DNA of 53,275 nucleotides from a virus. The translations under genes and the position numbers were made by a program. Where the stretch lies: the UHGV virus genome UHGV-0205694, one strand, 5' to 3'. Shown piece by piece: positions 16,939 through 27,150 of this stretch (the stretch's first letter is position 1; each line of letters opens with the position of its first letter). The notes below the pieces were generated by a model. The model worked only from the letters and a program-made list of their open reading frames with translations. It searched no databases and was not told the origin of the DNA.

Positions 16939-18223
16939 CGTTCCCCAGGCTCGTTTTCTGGCTATGCAGCAAAAATTCAAAGCCTATGTGGCTGGCTTTG
17001 GATCCGGTAAGACGTGGGTTGGCTGCGGTGGAATATGCAAAGGGTTCTGGGAGTTCCCCAAAATAAACCAGGGCTACTTTGCCCCAACCTATCCTCAGAT
17101 CCGCGATATTTTCTATCCCACGGTGGAAGAGGTTGCTCACGACTGGGGACTGAAAGTCAAAATCGTTGAGAGCAACAAAGAGGTCCATTTCTACAGTGGG
17201 CGCCAGTACCGCGGTACGACAATTTGTCGTTCGATGGAAAAGCCGGACACGATAGTCGGCTTTAAAATCGGCAATGCGCTGGTGGATGAGCTCGACGTTC
17301 TGAAAGCGGATAAGGCGCGTCAGGCGTGGCGAAAAATCATCGCGCGTATGCGTTATAAGGTTGATGGTCTCCGTAACGGCATTGACGTCACCACAACGCC
17401 TGAAGGATTTAAGTTCGTCTATAACCAGTTTGTTAAGGCTGTGAGGGAAAAACCTGAACTGAGGCCGATGTATGGTCTGGTACAGGCTTCGACATTCGAC
17501 AACGAAAAGAACCTGCCGGATGACTATATTCCTTCGCTCCTGGCGAGTTACCCGCCGGAATTGATCAAGGCATATCTGAACGGCCAGTTTACTAACCTGA
17601 CAAGCGGCACCATTTATCACCAGTTCGACAGGGTGCTGAACAACTCCAGCGAAGAAGAACAGCCGGGTGAAGCGCTCTATATCGGGATGGACTTCAACGT
17701 CGGGAAGATGGCCGGGATCGTACATGTATTGCGTCTCGGCTTACCGCACGCGGTAACAGAGATTATCAACGCTTACGATACGCCCGACATGATACGCATC
17801 ATCAAGGAGCGTTTCTGGCTGTATGCCGACGGTGACTACCGCAAGGTCCGCGAGATTTACATTTATCCGGATGCCTCTGGTGATTCCAGGAAGTCAAACA
17901 ACGCCAGCAAAACAGATATTGAGCAACTCCGACAGGCCGGATTTAACGTCATCGTTGATGATGCTAACCCGCCAGTAAAGGACCGCATCAACTCCATGAA
18001 CGCCATGTTCTGCAATGGTAATGGCGATCGCCGATACAAGGTGAATGTGGCCCGTTGTCCGGTCTATGCCGACTGCCTGGAACAACAGGTGTGGGATAAA
18101 AACGGCGAGCCGGATAAAAAGAGCGATAACGATCACCCCAACGATGGCGCCGGTTACTTCATTGTGAAGCAATTCCCAATCGTTCGACCTGCATTCTCTA
18201 TTTCACTGGACACGACATTCTGA
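16916..18223 (+). CDS. terminase large subunit
   Basis: Walker A-like GFGSGKT; ~435 aa; follows terS; C-terminal nuclease-like acidic motifs. Confidence 0.8.
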   Translation: MAIAPTLNVPQARFLAMQQKFKAYVAGFGSGKTWVGCGGICKGFWEFPKINQGYFAPTYPQIRDIFYPTVEEVAHDWGLKVKIVESNKEVHFYSGRQYRGTTICRSMEKPDTIVGFKIGNALVDELDVLKADKARQAWRKIIARMRYKVDGLRNGIDVTTTPEGFKFVYNQFVKAVREKPELRPMYGLVQASTFDNEKNLPDDYIPSLLASYPPELIKAYLNGQFTNLTSGTIYHQFDRVLNNSSEEEQPGEALYIGMDFNVGKMAGIVHVLRLGLPHAVTEIINAYDTPDMIRIIKERFWLYADGDYRKVREIYIYPDASGDSRKSNNASKTDIEQLRQAGFNVIVDDANPPVKDRINSMNAMFCNGNGDRRYKVNVARCPVYADCLEQQVWDKNGEPDKKSDNDHPNDGAGYFIVKQFPIVRPAFSISLDTTF

Positions 18224-19623
18224 TGGCCAATAACGATATTACTTACGTTCGCCCTGAGGTCAGGGCGGCGATGCCCGTGTGGAAAAAAATTCGTGACGTG
18301 TGCAAAGGGGCTGATGCTGTAAAGGCCGCCGGGAATGAATATCTCCCTTTTCTGGATACGTCCGATAAGTCTGCACGCAATAAAAAGCGCAATGCCGATT
18401 ATATTCAGCGCGCCGTTTTCTACGCGATAACGGGCAATACAAAGGTGGGGTTACTGGGGCTGGCATTCCGAAAAGACCCGACCATGACCGCGCCGGATAA
18501 GCTGAATTATCTTCGTGATAACGCCGACGGTGCTGGTGCAAGCATTTATCAGCAGTCCCAGCAGGTTACAGAAAATATTCTGGAGGCTGCGCGCGAGGGG
18601 CTTTATACGGATTATGCCGCTGAGACCGATGAGGCGATCATTCTTCGCTATCAGGCGGAAAGCATCATAAACTGGCGCACCAAACGCATCAATGGACGTG
18701 ATCAACTGGTGCTGGTGGTTTTACGCGAATGCATGGAAAAGGAAGATGGCTTTGCGTACGAGGATGAAATCCAGTATCGCGAACTGGCTCTGGAGAACGG
18801 AAAGTTTGTCTGCCGGGTGTGGCGAAAGGCAGCTGACGCAGGCTCTTTTTCCGTCAGTTCCGAGTATCTGCCGAAGCCAAAAGGTGAGGAATTCTGGGAT
18901 GAAATTCCCTTTACCTTTGTTGGTGCGCAGAATAACGATCCCACCATCGATGAGTCGCCGTTAGCTGCTCTCGTTGAAATCAACCTTGGCCATTATCGAA
19001 ATTCGGCAGATTACGAAGACAGCGTATTTTTCTGCGGTCAGGTGCAGCCGGTGATTTCCGGTCTTGATACAGCATGGCGTGACTGGCTGCAGGATAAGGG
19101 AATTCGTGTCGGTTCTCGTTCTCCTTTCCTGCTGCCGAACGAGGGGAGTTTTACGTATGCTCAGGCGCAACCAAACACCCTGGCTAAAGAGGCGATGGAC
19201 AGTAAGCGTGATTATTCTGTTCAGCTTGGCGCCCGGCTTATCGAGCAAAACAGTGCGGTTAAAACCGCCACGCAATCGAGCGGTGAACAAACTGCTTCCA
19301 CATCGGTGCTCGGCATTTGCGTGTCCAATGTCTCGGAGGCCTACACGCTGGCGCTCGGCTGGTGCGCCAGATATCTCGGCATTAAAGACGAGAGCTACCG
19401 TTACAACATCAATCAGGAGTTTATTGCTAAAGTCGCTGAATCCGGCATGGTAACGGCAATCGTTAATGCCTGGCAGTCCGGTGCGATCCGCGACACGGAT
19501 ATGGTCAGAGCGTTGCAGAGGCTTGACCTGATAGATCCCGCTGATGACCCTGAAACTGTCATTGACGCTATTCGTAACGGCGCGCCTAACCTGATTGGTG
19601 GCAATAATGGCAACGGCGAATGA
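18223..19623 (+). CDS. portal protein (putative)
   Basis: 466-aa gene directly after TerL; size and position. Confidence 0.55.
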   Translation: MANNDITYVRPEVRAAMPVWKKIRDVCKGADAVKAAGNEYLPFLDTSDKSARNKKRNADYIQRAVFYAITGNTKVGLLGLAFRKDPTMTAPDKLNYLRDNADGAGASIYQQSQQVTENILEAAREGLYTDYAAETDEAIILRYQAESIINWRTKRINGRDQLVLVVLRECMEKEDGFAYEDEIQYRELALENGKFVCRVWRKAADAGSFSVSSEYLPKPKGEEFWDEIPFTFVGAQNNDPTIDESPLAALVEINLGHYRNSADYEDSVFFCGQVQPVISGLDTAWRDWLQDKGIRVGSRSPFLLPNEGSFTYAQAQPNTLAKEAMDSKRDYSVQLGARLIEQNSAVKTATQSSGEQTASTSVLGICVSNVSEAYTLALGWCARYLGIKDESYRYNINQEFIAKVAESGMVTAIVNAWQSGAIRDTDMVRALQRLDLIDPADDPETVIDAIRNGAPNLIGGNNGNGE

Positions 19624-20719
19624 CAAACTGCAGGATGAATCAGTAGCCCACGCTATATGGGTGAGTCGCTACAGTACCGGCGTTGCCAACAGGATGATAA
19701 AAGTCCTGAATGACAGCGACGCCGAACTTACCGCAAGGTTGCTGGTGGCTATTGATACGCTGGACGCTGAGAGCTTTACCGTTTCTCGGCTGGAAGCGTT
19801 ACTGGTAAGCGTCAGGGCGATAAACAAGGATGCGATTCAGTCGATGTATGCAGCTCTTACTGCCGAGCTGCAGGAACTGGCGAAGCACGAAGCCACTTTT
19901 CAGATGAGCCTCTTCCAGTTTGCTATTCCCGACGATGTTCTTGCTCTTCATCCGCTGGTGGGCATCTCCCCGGATGCGGTTTATGCCGCGGCGATGGGAC
20001 GTCCATTCCAGGGACGTTTGCTGAGTGAATGGGCCAGCAACCTCGAAGCTGATCGGATGGCGCGGATATCCAATACGGTGAGGCAGGGATTCCTGCTGGG
20101 CGATACGCAGGAGCAAATCGCAAAAAAGGTCCGTGGCCATGCTAATCGTGGTTACCAGGACGGCGCGCTGCAGATGAGCCGGGCCAATGCTGCCAGCATT
20201 GCAAAAACGGCAGTAGGGCATCTTGCATCGACAGCCAGACAAAGCTTTGCGGCGGCGAACGACGACATCCTGAAGGGTAAACAATGGCTATCTACCTTGG
20301 ATAACCGGACGTCAAAGGAATGTCGGATCCGCGACCGTCTCAAGTACACGCTGGATAACAAACCGATAGGGCACAAGGTGCCTTATTTGCAGGGGCCGGG
20401 GAAAATCCATTTTTGCTGTCGCAGCACCGAAACTTACATCCTGAAATCTTCCGAGGAATTGGGTATCAAAGTCGGCGAAATCAAGGACAGCTCGCGCGCC
20501 AGTATGGATGGACAGGTTCCGGCCGATACCAATTACCAGGACTGGTTCTCCCGGCAGTCGTTCACGCGACAAGCTGAGATTGTCGGAGAAACGCGCGCCA
20601 GGCTGATTCGTGATGGCGGTTTGTCTCCCGATGAGTTCTACAACGACAGGGGCGAGTGGCTGACGCTGGACCAGTTGCGCTCAAAGGATGAGCAGGCATT
20701 CAGGAACGCCAGAATTTAA
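19595..20719 (+). CDS. head morphogenesis protein (Mu F / SPP1 gp7-like), putative
   Basis: Position after the portal; ~370 aa; start may be at 19607. Confidence 0.5.
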   Translation: MVAIMATANDKLQDESVAHAIWVSRYSTGVANRMIKVLNDSDAELTARLLVAIDTLDAESFTVSRLEALLVSVRAINKDAIQSMYAALTAELQELAKHEATFQMSLFQFAIPDDVLALHPLVGISPDAVYAAAMGRPFQGRLLSEWASNLEADRMARISNTVRQGFLLGDTQEQIAKKVRGHANRGYQDGALQMSRANAASIAKTAVGHLASTARQSFAAANDDILKGKQWLSTLDNRTSKECRIRDRLKYTLDNKPIGHKVPYLQGPGKIHFCCRSTETYILKSSEELGIKVGEIKDSSRASMDGQVPADTNYQDWFSRQSFTRQAEIVGETRARLIRDGGLSPDEFYNDRGEWLTLDQLRSKDEQAFRNARI

Positions 20720-20804
20720 TCAACAAACATTCTTCAATCAGGCTGCCTTCGGGCGGCCTTTTTTTATTGGGCCAGGCCCACGGTAACTATCCCAAGGGGA
20801 CAAT

Positions 20805-21590
20805 ATGCTTATTCGTAACATGCTCATTAAATATTATTCGGCAGCTGGTGGTGAAGGTGGTGATGGCGGTGGCTCCGGTGGTGGTGCGCCTGAGATTACG
20901 CCGGAAATCCAAAAGCTGATCGATGAGCAGGTCAACGCTCAGGTCTCTGGCCTGAAGAATAAAAATAGCGAGCTACTCGGTAAGCTCAAAGAGTCCACCG
21001 AGTCGCTTAAACGTTTTGATGGTATCGACCCTGACGCGGTGAAAACGATTCTCCAGCGTTTTTCCGACGATGAAGAAGCGCAGCTGATTGCCGCCGGGAA
21101 AGTTGATGAGGTTCTGGATAAGCGCACTGAAAGGCTACGCGCTGATGTTGATAAGCAAATCAAAGCCGCTAATGAACGCGCTGAAAAGGCGGAAGCGTTC
21201 TCCAACAAATTCCGTGATCGTGTCCTGGGTGATGCCATCCGCAGCGCAGCGCTTAAGGCTGGCGCGCTGCCAGAAGCATCCGACGATCTAATTCTACGTG
21301 CTAAAGGCACTTTCCAGCTCAACGACGAAGGCGAGGCCGTAGCAGTTGATGCAAATGGCGATGTTCTGTTCGGGAAAGACGGCAAAACTCCGCTCACCCC
21401 TGTTGAGTGGGCTGAATCTCTGAAAGAGACGGCCCCGCACCTGTTCCCACGCGCTGAAGGCTCCGGGGCTGGTGGTCACAAGCCAGGTGGCGGCGGCGGA
21501 AGCCTCAAACGTTCAGAAATGAGCTCAAGCGATAAAGCGGACTACATCCGCAAACATGGCCAGCAGGCCTATCTCAAATTGCCTAAGTAA
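20805..21590 (+). CDS. scaffolding protein (putative)
   Basis: Gly-rich N-terminus, highly charged helical protein immediately before the capsid gene. Confidence 0.5.
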   Translation: MLIRNMLIKYYSAAGGEGGDGGGSGGGAPEITPEIQKLIDEQVNAQVSGLKNKNSELLGKLKESTESLKRFDGIDPDAVKTILQRFSDDEEAQLIAAGKVDEVLDKRTERLRADVDKQIKAANERAEKAEAFSNKFRDRVLGDAIRSAALKAGALPEASDDLILRAKGTFQLNDEGEAVAVDANGDVLFGKDGKTPLTPVEWAESLKETAPHLFPRAEGSGAGGHKPGGGGGSLKRSEMSSSDKADYIRKHGQQAYLKLPK

Positions 21591-21600
21591 GGACTAATCA

Positions 21601-22554
21601 ATGCCTACGACCGTAAACACTGACCTGATTATCTATGACGACCTCGCGCAGACTGCGTTTCTTGAGCGTCGCCAGGATAATCTGGAAGTCTTCAACGCCG
21701 CTTCAAACGGCGCAATCATTCTCGACAACGAACTGATCGAGGGTGATTTTCGCAAGCGCACCTTCTATAAAGTTGGTGGCTCTATCGAATCGCGCAACGT
21801 TAACTCCACTGACCCGGTAACGGGTAAAAAAATCGGTGCCGGCGAATCTGTCAGCGTTAAGGCACCGTGGAAATACGGCCCGTATGAAACTACTGAAGAA
21901 GCGTTTAAACGTCGTGGTCGCGATGTAAGCGAATTCTCCGAAGTGATCGGCGTCGACGTCGCTGATGCAACGCTTGAAGGTTATATCAAGTATGCACTTC
22001 AGGGACTTGTGGCAGCCATTGGCGCAAACGCTGATATGACGGTTTCAGCGGATATTGCCACGGATGGTAAGAAAACCCTGACCCGCGGCCTGCGTAAATA
22101 CGGCGATAAATTTAACCGTGTTGCGCTGTTTGTTATGCATTCCACGACCTATTTCGACATTGTTGATCAGGCTATCGACAACAAAATCTACGAAGAAGCG
22201 GGCGTGGTGGTTTATGGCGGACAGCCAGGTACTCTCGGTAAGCCTGTACTGGTAACCGACACCATGCCAGTTGATGCGATTCTGGGTCTGGTGGCCGGCG
22301 CGGTATCCGTAACGGAATCACAGGCTCCGGGCTTCCGTTCCTACGATATCAACGACCAGGAAAACCTTGCCATTGGCTATCGCGCAGAGGGTACGGTCAA
22401 CGTTGAACTGTTGGGTTACAGCTGGGATGAGACGAAGGGCGCTAACCCTGACCTGACCAAAATCGGCACCGGCGCGAACTGGAAGAAACATTTCACCAGT
22501 AACAAATCCACTGCAGGCGTACTGATTAAGCTGGAAGCCCCTGCGGGGGAGTAA
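21601..22554 (+). CDS. major capsid protein
   Basis: 317-aa gene after the scaffold; typical position and size. Confidence 0.65.
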   Translation: MPTTVNTDLIIYDDLAQTAFLERRQDNLEVFNAASNGAIILDNELIEGDFRKRTFYKVGGSIESRNVNSTDPVTGKKIGAGESVSVKAPWKYGPYETTEEAFKRRGRDVSEFSEVIGVDVADATLEGYIKYALQGLVAAIGANADMTVSADIATDGKKTLTRGLRKYGDKFNRVALFVMHSTTYFDIVDQAIDNKIYEEAGVVVYGGQPGTLGKPVLVTDTMPVDAILGLVAGAVSVTESQAPGFRSYDINDQENLAIGYRAEGTVNVELLGYSWDETKGANPDLTKIGTGANWKKHFTSNKSTAGVLIKLEAPAGE

Positions 22555-22562
22555 CCCTGTCA

Positions 22563-22835
22563 GTGGATAAAACTTCCGCAACTGCTGACAGTACCGACGC
22601 GGTGACCGTTTCGCTCAAGTACACCAGAAATGGTGCCGGAGTCTCCGGGGCAGCTGTGGCGTGGACGTCTACTGGCGGCACGCTAAGTGCTTCGACGTCA
22701 CAGACAGGGTCTGCTGGTGGCTCGACCGTGAAACTCACCTCTGATACGGCCGGCTCCTTCACGGTGACAGCTACCGTTGACGGCGTAGTGAAAACAACTG
22801 AAGCGATCGCGTTCACTGCTCCAGCGGGTGGTTAA
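22563..22835 (+). CDS. Ig-like (BIG_2-type) domain protein, GTG start, in the -1 frame relative to the capsid gene
   Basis: Thr/Ser-rich repeat-like segments (VTVSLKY...SFTVTATVDGV...AFTAP); resembles the C-terminal Ig domain of the major tail protein. Confidence 0.5.
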   Translation: MDKTSATADSTDAVTVSLKYTRNGAGVSGAAVAWTSTGGTLSASTSQTGSAGGSTVKLTSDTAGSFTVTATVDGVVKTTEAIAFTAPAGG

Positions 22836-22875
22836 CTGACGGGGCGAAAGCCCCGTTTCTTTTGGTGAGGATCCG

Positions 22876-23271
22876 ATGACCGTTTATATAACAATCCAGG
22901 ACGTTGACGAGTTGCTGGGGGATACCTGGGCTGCCGCCGACAAAAAGGTTAAAGCCGTGCTCCAGGCAAACACCTGGATGACGGCGCTTAACCTTCAGGA
23001 TATCGACCCGGAGCATATTCCTGAAGAAGTTAAGCAAGCCGGAGCGTTTATCGCTTCCGTAGCCGCTGCAGGCAATCTGTATCAGCAAAAAACAGATTCC
23101 GGCGTGGTGACGAGCAAAAGCGTTGAGGCCGACGATGTGAAGGTTTCCCGCACTTTTGCCGAGCTTTCAACCACCAGCACTGAATTACTCGATCCTGATT
23201 TGCAGCTGGCGCTGGATATGCTCAAACCGTGGATGATTAACCCTTTCCAGACGTTCTTTGTGAGGGCGTGA
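22876..23271 (+). CDS. head-tail connector (gp6-like), putative
   Basis: Position and size in the head-tail joining block. Confidence 0.45.
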   Translation: MTVYITIQDVDELLGDTWAAADKKVKAVLQANTWMTALNLQDIDPEHIPEEVKQAGAFIASVAAAGNLYQQKTDSGVVTSKSVEADDVKVSRTFAELSTTSTELLDPDLQLALDMLKPWMINPFQTFFVRA

Positions 23272-23272
23272 T

Positions 23273-23527
23273 ATGTCCGATTTGAAGGTGGTCCCATTTC
23301 AAAAGCCCAGCCATCACAACCTCGATAACGACCAGGTTATTCGCCTGCTGAAACAGGCTCTGGAGCGAGCCGAAAACGGCGGCTGCCACAGTGTCGCAGT
23401 GATACTGCTTGATGATGAGGGTAACGCGATTGATTGCTGGCATAACGGTGGACGCCCCTATGTGATGGTTGGCGCTATGGAGTCGCTTAAAACCGACTTT
23501 ATCCATGCTCATATTGAGCGGCGGTAA
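23273..23527 (+). CDS. head-tail joining protein, putative
   Basis: Position; ATGA coupling. Confidence 0.35.
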   Translation: MSDLKVVPFQKPSHHNLDNDQVIRLLKQALERAENGGCHSVAVILLDDEGNAIDCWHNGGRPYVMVGAMESLKTDFIHAHIERR

Positions 23528-23536
23528 GGGGGTAAC

Positions 23537-23770
23537 ATGCAAAATCCATATGTGCATTATGCCGGCGACGGGCTCGGTCCCCGCGATGTGTTTGTGAATG
23601 GAAACCCGATCAGACATGTCGTTTACGCAAACCAGGCAAAGGGTGTTGTAGAGTTTGCTCCGCTCCCGCTGCGGGTTAAGCGCAATGGCGAAATTTATAC
23701 CCGCAAACTCCACGGTACAGTGATCGTTAAACCTCAGCAGCGTATTGGTGGGTGCAATGGGCATTCGTGA
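23537..23770 (+). CDS. head-tail joining protein, putative
   Basis: Position. Confidence 0.35.
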   Translation: MQNPYVHYAGDGLGPRDVFVNGNPIRHVVYANQAKGVVEFAPLPLRVKRNGEIYTRKLHGTVIVKPQQRIGGCNGHS

Positions 23771-24140
23771 CGAGCTGCAAACCGAAGTCGCCGCGGCATT
23801 CGATACCGACCTGCAGGATGCCGTTAAGGATTTCACTGGGTCATATACCGTTCGGGGTGCCTGGGACCCGGTGACGGAAACCGGCACTGAAACGCATGTG
23901 ACTTACTCGGGGCGTGGAGTGCTGGCGCGCTATAAGCTGCGCCGTATCGATGGCGTTAACATTCTGCATGGTGATGTGAAGCTAACCGCACTGGTTAACG
24001 AGGTGACTGATAAGCCGGCCGTCGGGCATATCATCACCGCACCAGATCCGATTACGGGTGAGCTTCAGCGCTACGAGGTCATCACCGCTTCTTCCGACTC
24101 TGCTGGCGTTGCGTACTCCATTCAACTGCGGAGAGCGTAA
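23757..24140 (+). CDS. head closure / tail completion protein, putative
   Basis: Position; an internal Met was chosen to limit overlap. Confidence 0.4.
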   Translation: MGIRDELQTEVAAAFDTDLQDAVKDFTGSYTVRGAWDPVTETGTETHVTYSGRGVLARYKLRRIDGVNILHGDVKLTALVNEVTDKPAVGHIITAPDPITGELQRYEVITASSDSAGVAYSIQLRRA

Positions 24141-24141
24141 T

Positions 24142-24693
24142 ATGGCTAAGGGCTGGAACATCGACCCGGCGGCATTCGCCGGGCTAGTGGAAGACGATGT
24201 GAGGTTACGGCAGAGAACCATCGCCATTCAGCTGCTGAATGAAATTGTTCAACGGTCGCCGGTAGGAAACCCGGAGCTGTGGGCCATCAACGCGACCGCG
24301 GTTCAATACAACAAAGCTGTTGGGGAATGGAACGAATCTCTTTATGCCGATCCTGCCAACCTGACAAAGACGGGCCGTCTCAGAAAAAAAGTCCGTGTTA
24401 ATGACAGCATGGATATCAGGCGGCCGGCTGAGTATCGCGCAGGAACCTTCAGGGCATCGCATTTTGTCAGCATCGGCGAACCTAATCATTCCGTCCCGAC
24501 CGAACCGGATCCGCGCGGGACAATGACGTTTCTTAATGGCAAAAATATTATTGACCAGGCGCCAGCCTACTCGGTGATTTACATCCAGTCGAACCTGCCT
24601 TACTCCGTGCCTCTGGAGAATGGCCACTCAACACAGGCGCCGACAGGCGTCTATGCCGTCTCGTTTAATGGTGTAATTCAGGCCTACAAATGA
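24142..24693 (+). CDS. tail completion protein, putative
   Basis: Position; start at the Met after the upstream stop. Confidence 0.45.
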   Translation: MAKGWNIDPAAFAGLVEDDVRLRQRTIAIQLLNEIVQRSPVGNPELWAINATAVQYNKAVGEWNESLYADPANLTKTGRLRKKVRVNDSMDIRRPAEYRAGTFRASHFVSIGEPNHSVPTEPDPRGTMTFLNGKNIIDQAPAYSVIYIQSNLPYSVPLENGHSTQAPTGVYAVSFNGVIQAYK

Positions 24694-25082
24694 CCCTTAC
24701 AGAAATCAGAAACGCTGTCATTTCCCGAATGGCGGCACAGACCGCTATTGCCTCTGATGCGGTGGATTATCCCAATGGCCCGGTATTTGACCCCAGTAAC
24801 CGCGATATCTGGGCCCGATTAACCAACATTGCTGGGCAGGCTGGCGCAACAGAGATCGGGGATGGGCCGGTCGTCCACAGGACGGGCTTACTCATCATTC
24901 AGCTGTTTGTTCCGGTCGGATCCGGGACGTTGCTAATCTCCCGAACGGCCGATCAGCTAACGGAGCTATTCGAGTTTAAGGACGACGGAAAGCTAAGTTA
25001 TTTCGCTGTATCTGCTGTGCCGGCGGGTGAGACCGATGGCTGGTTACAGCTCAATCTTCAAATTCCTTATCGCGCTCTGTAG
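24690..25082 (+). CDS. tail terminator-like protein, putative
   Basis: Position immediately before the major tail protein. Confidence 0.4.
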   Translation: MTLTEIRNAVISRMAAQTAIASDAVDYPNGPVFDPSNRDIWARLTNIAGQAGATEIGDGPVVHRTGLLIIQLFVPVGSGTLLISRTADQLTELFEFKDDGKLSYFAVSAVPAGETDGWLQLNLQIPYRAL

Positions 25083-25105
25083 CGCACAAAAAACAGGAGG
25101 CTCCT

Positions 25106-26278
25106 GTGAGCTCAGGTGCAAAAGTAGTAGCCGCGTTTATTCGCGAGACAACGCCAGGAATCACGCCTACAGCAGGGGCGTGGAACCTGCTGCGTCGTTC
25201 TTCATTTGGTCTGAAACCAACGCAGAACACCAACGACAATGACGAAATCGCTGGTGACCGCATGGCGCAGGGCGTTTCACGTGGCACAGTGGATGTCGGC
25301 GGCGATGTCGGCACGCGGTTTCGCTGGAACCAGCATGATGATTTTCTTGCCAGCTGCTTCGGTTCCGAATGGGTAAATAACGTGCTGACGATGGGTAATG
25401 GTCGCATTACGTTCTCCGTGGCGACTTTTGCCAGTGATGTGGGGATCGCCCAGATTGCCCGCGGTTGCCAGGTTGGCACCTTCCAGATGGAAATCCCGGC
25501 CGATGGTGATATCACTGCAACCATTACGTTTGCAGGGCTGGACTGGGAGACGAAGGGGGACGATACCAGCTATTTCACCGCGCCGGTGGATTTAGCGGGG
25601 GCGCTGCGTTACTCCTTCAAAGAGGTCACGAACATCCGGCTAAATGGTGTTGATGGCGGGACAGGCTTCTGCGTCGACACCTTTAACATTCAGTTCAACA
25701 ACAATATGCAGACTCAGCGCTGCATCGGTACCGGTTCGGCATTCGCCGGCGCAAACATTCCGACAACCTTTACCCCGTCAGGTCAAATCACGCTGTCATG
25801 GTCAAAGGCTGCCTGGGAGGTTTACAAAAAAACGTTCACCGGCGAAACGGTGCCGTTTAGCTTCACGCTGGAGAATGCTGAAGGCGCCTATACCTTCGAT
25901 TTCCCGGAAGTGCAGATCTCTGGCGACTGGCCGGATGCGGGGAGCACTGACATTGTTCAGGTTCAGCTGGATATCACCGCGGCCAATACTCCGCCAACTA
26001 TCACCCGCGTTCCCAAAGTGCCGGCGACGGCAATCAGTGTTGCGCCAGCCACTTCAACTGGGGCCGTGGGATCTACTGTGACGTTAACCGCCACGCTTAC
26101 GCCAGCTGATTCAACTGATACCGTCCAGTGGACGTCATCGGATCCGACTATCGCCAGCGTGGTTTCTACCGGGCAGAAAACAGCGAAAGTCACACGTAAC
26201 GCAGCCGGTACTGCAACCATCACCGGTAAGGCCCGCACCTTTACCGCAACGTCTGAAATCACCGTTACCGCGCCTTAA
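25106..26278 (+). CDS. major tail (tube) protein with C-terminal Ig-like domain
   Basis: 390 aa; C-terminal BIG_2-like segment; precedes the chaperone pair. Confidence 0.65.
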   Translation: MSSGAKVVAAFIRETTPGITPTAGAWNLLRRSSFGLKPTQNTNDNDEIAGDRMAQGVSRGTVDVGGDVGTRFRWNQHDDFLASCFGSEWVNNVLTMGNGRITFSVATFASDVGIAQIARGCQVGTFQMEIPADGDITATITFAGLDWETKGDDTSYFTAPVDLAGALRYSFKEVTNIRLNGVDGGTGFCVDTFNIQFNNNMQTQRCIGTGSAFAGANIPTTFTPSGQITLSWSKAAWEVYKKTFTGETVPFSFTLENAEGAYTFDFPEVQISGDWPDAGSTDIVQVQLDITAANTPPTITRVPKVPATAISVAPATSTGAVGSTVTLTATLTPADSTDTVQWTSSDPTIASVVSTGQKTAKVTRNAAGTATITGKARTFTATSEITVTAP

Positions 26279-26332
26279 TTTACCTGGCCCGTTCTGCAGT
26301 CATCGCGGATCGGGCTTTTCCATGGAGTTCTT

Positions 26333-26815
26333 ATGCTGATTGTTACCCCAAAAATTGATTTAGACGGCGAGCGCTGGTTTTACCCCTACAAAAAGCCAGA
26401 AGACAGCAAAAAGGAATTCTCGCCGGAAGAAGAATCGCTGTTCAAACTTCGCCTGCTGGTGGCCAGCAGCGAGAATTCACAATATCGCTCACGGAACGCG
26501 TTGGTGCGCCGCCACATCGATAAGATGGACGCAGGCTATAAGGTAGGAACCAAAGAATTTAATCTCGCCAGCGTGGGCGATATCGACTCTGTTGATGACC
26601 TGCTGATCGATAACGTAGCGCGGTTCCTGCTGAAAGGCTGGGAAGGTGTGGGCCAACTGGTGGACGGTATAGAGGTTGCTCTCGATTACACCCCAGAACT
26701 CGGGGCCGCCATGCTTAAACAGCACCCGGAACTGTACTGGCTGATTCTTACCGAGGCCGCAAACATTGCTCAGGGTAAAGAGCAGCAGACTCAGGAAACC
26801 GTAAAAAAGCCCTAG
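26333..26815 (+). CDS. tail assembly chaperone (lambda G-like)
   Basis: Acidic 160-aa protein ending at a slippery A AAA AAG directly before an open -1 frame. Confidence 0.65.
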   Translation: MLIVTPKIDLDGERWFYPYKKPEDSKKEFSPEEESLFKLRLLVASSENSQYRSRNALVRRHIDKMDAGYKVGTKEFNLASVGDIDSVDDLLIDNVARFLLKGWEGVGQLVDGIEVALDYTPELGAAMLKQHPELYWLILTEAANIAQGKEQQTQETVKKP

Positions 26816-27150
26816 AGGCGCAGGCGTGGCTAAAGGAGTTCGGGGGCGAAAGGGGAGATAAGGCAAAGTGGCGGCGGGAGAAGCTACATCTCCCGCCCGT
26901 TACAGAGCCTGAAATCGATGCGGTCACTGGGGAGATCCTCAACGCATACGCGATGATTTCTCGCGGCAGGCAGTATGCAGGAATGGCTGGCGTACCACTC
27001 CCGTTGTCCCTGAGCGATATCGAGCGCTATCTGGCCTCACGTTCCATATTGATTGACCGAACCGAATTTGACACTGCCATACTTGCCCTCGACGATGCCT
27101 GGCGGGATGCGTGGGCTGAAGAGCAGAAAAGACAGGCAAAAGTGAAGTAG
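26803..27150 (+). CDS. T-like extension of the tail chaperone, reached by programmed -1 frameshift (G-T fusion, 26333..27150)
   Basis: Heptamer A AAA AAG at 26803-26809; the -1 frame is open from within G through to TAG at 27148-27150. Confidence 0.55.
   Translation, partial: KKALEAQAWLKEFGGERGDKAKWRREKLHLPPVTEPEIDAVTGEILNAYAMISRGRQYAGMAGVPLPLSLSDIERYLASRSILIDRTEFDTAILALDDAWRDAWAEEQKRQAKVK

Noticed and set aside
16883-17725. 280-aa minus-strand ORF antisense to the terminase large subunit, and similar antisense ORFs inside the tape-measure gene (28429-28746, 29356-29724), the portal and tail genes.
   Set aside because: They lie wholly inside well-supported sense genes of GC-rich DNA and have no ribosome-binding sites. 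These are typical spurious antisense frames.
22545-22551. Classical -1 slippery heptamer fusing the capsid gene to the Ig-like ORF.
   Set aside because: The local sequence GCG GGG GAG does not form an X XXY YYZ heptamer. The overlap is only open for 8 codons, and a GTG start with a Shine-Dalgarno is available. A fusion is possible but not supported by a canonical signal.
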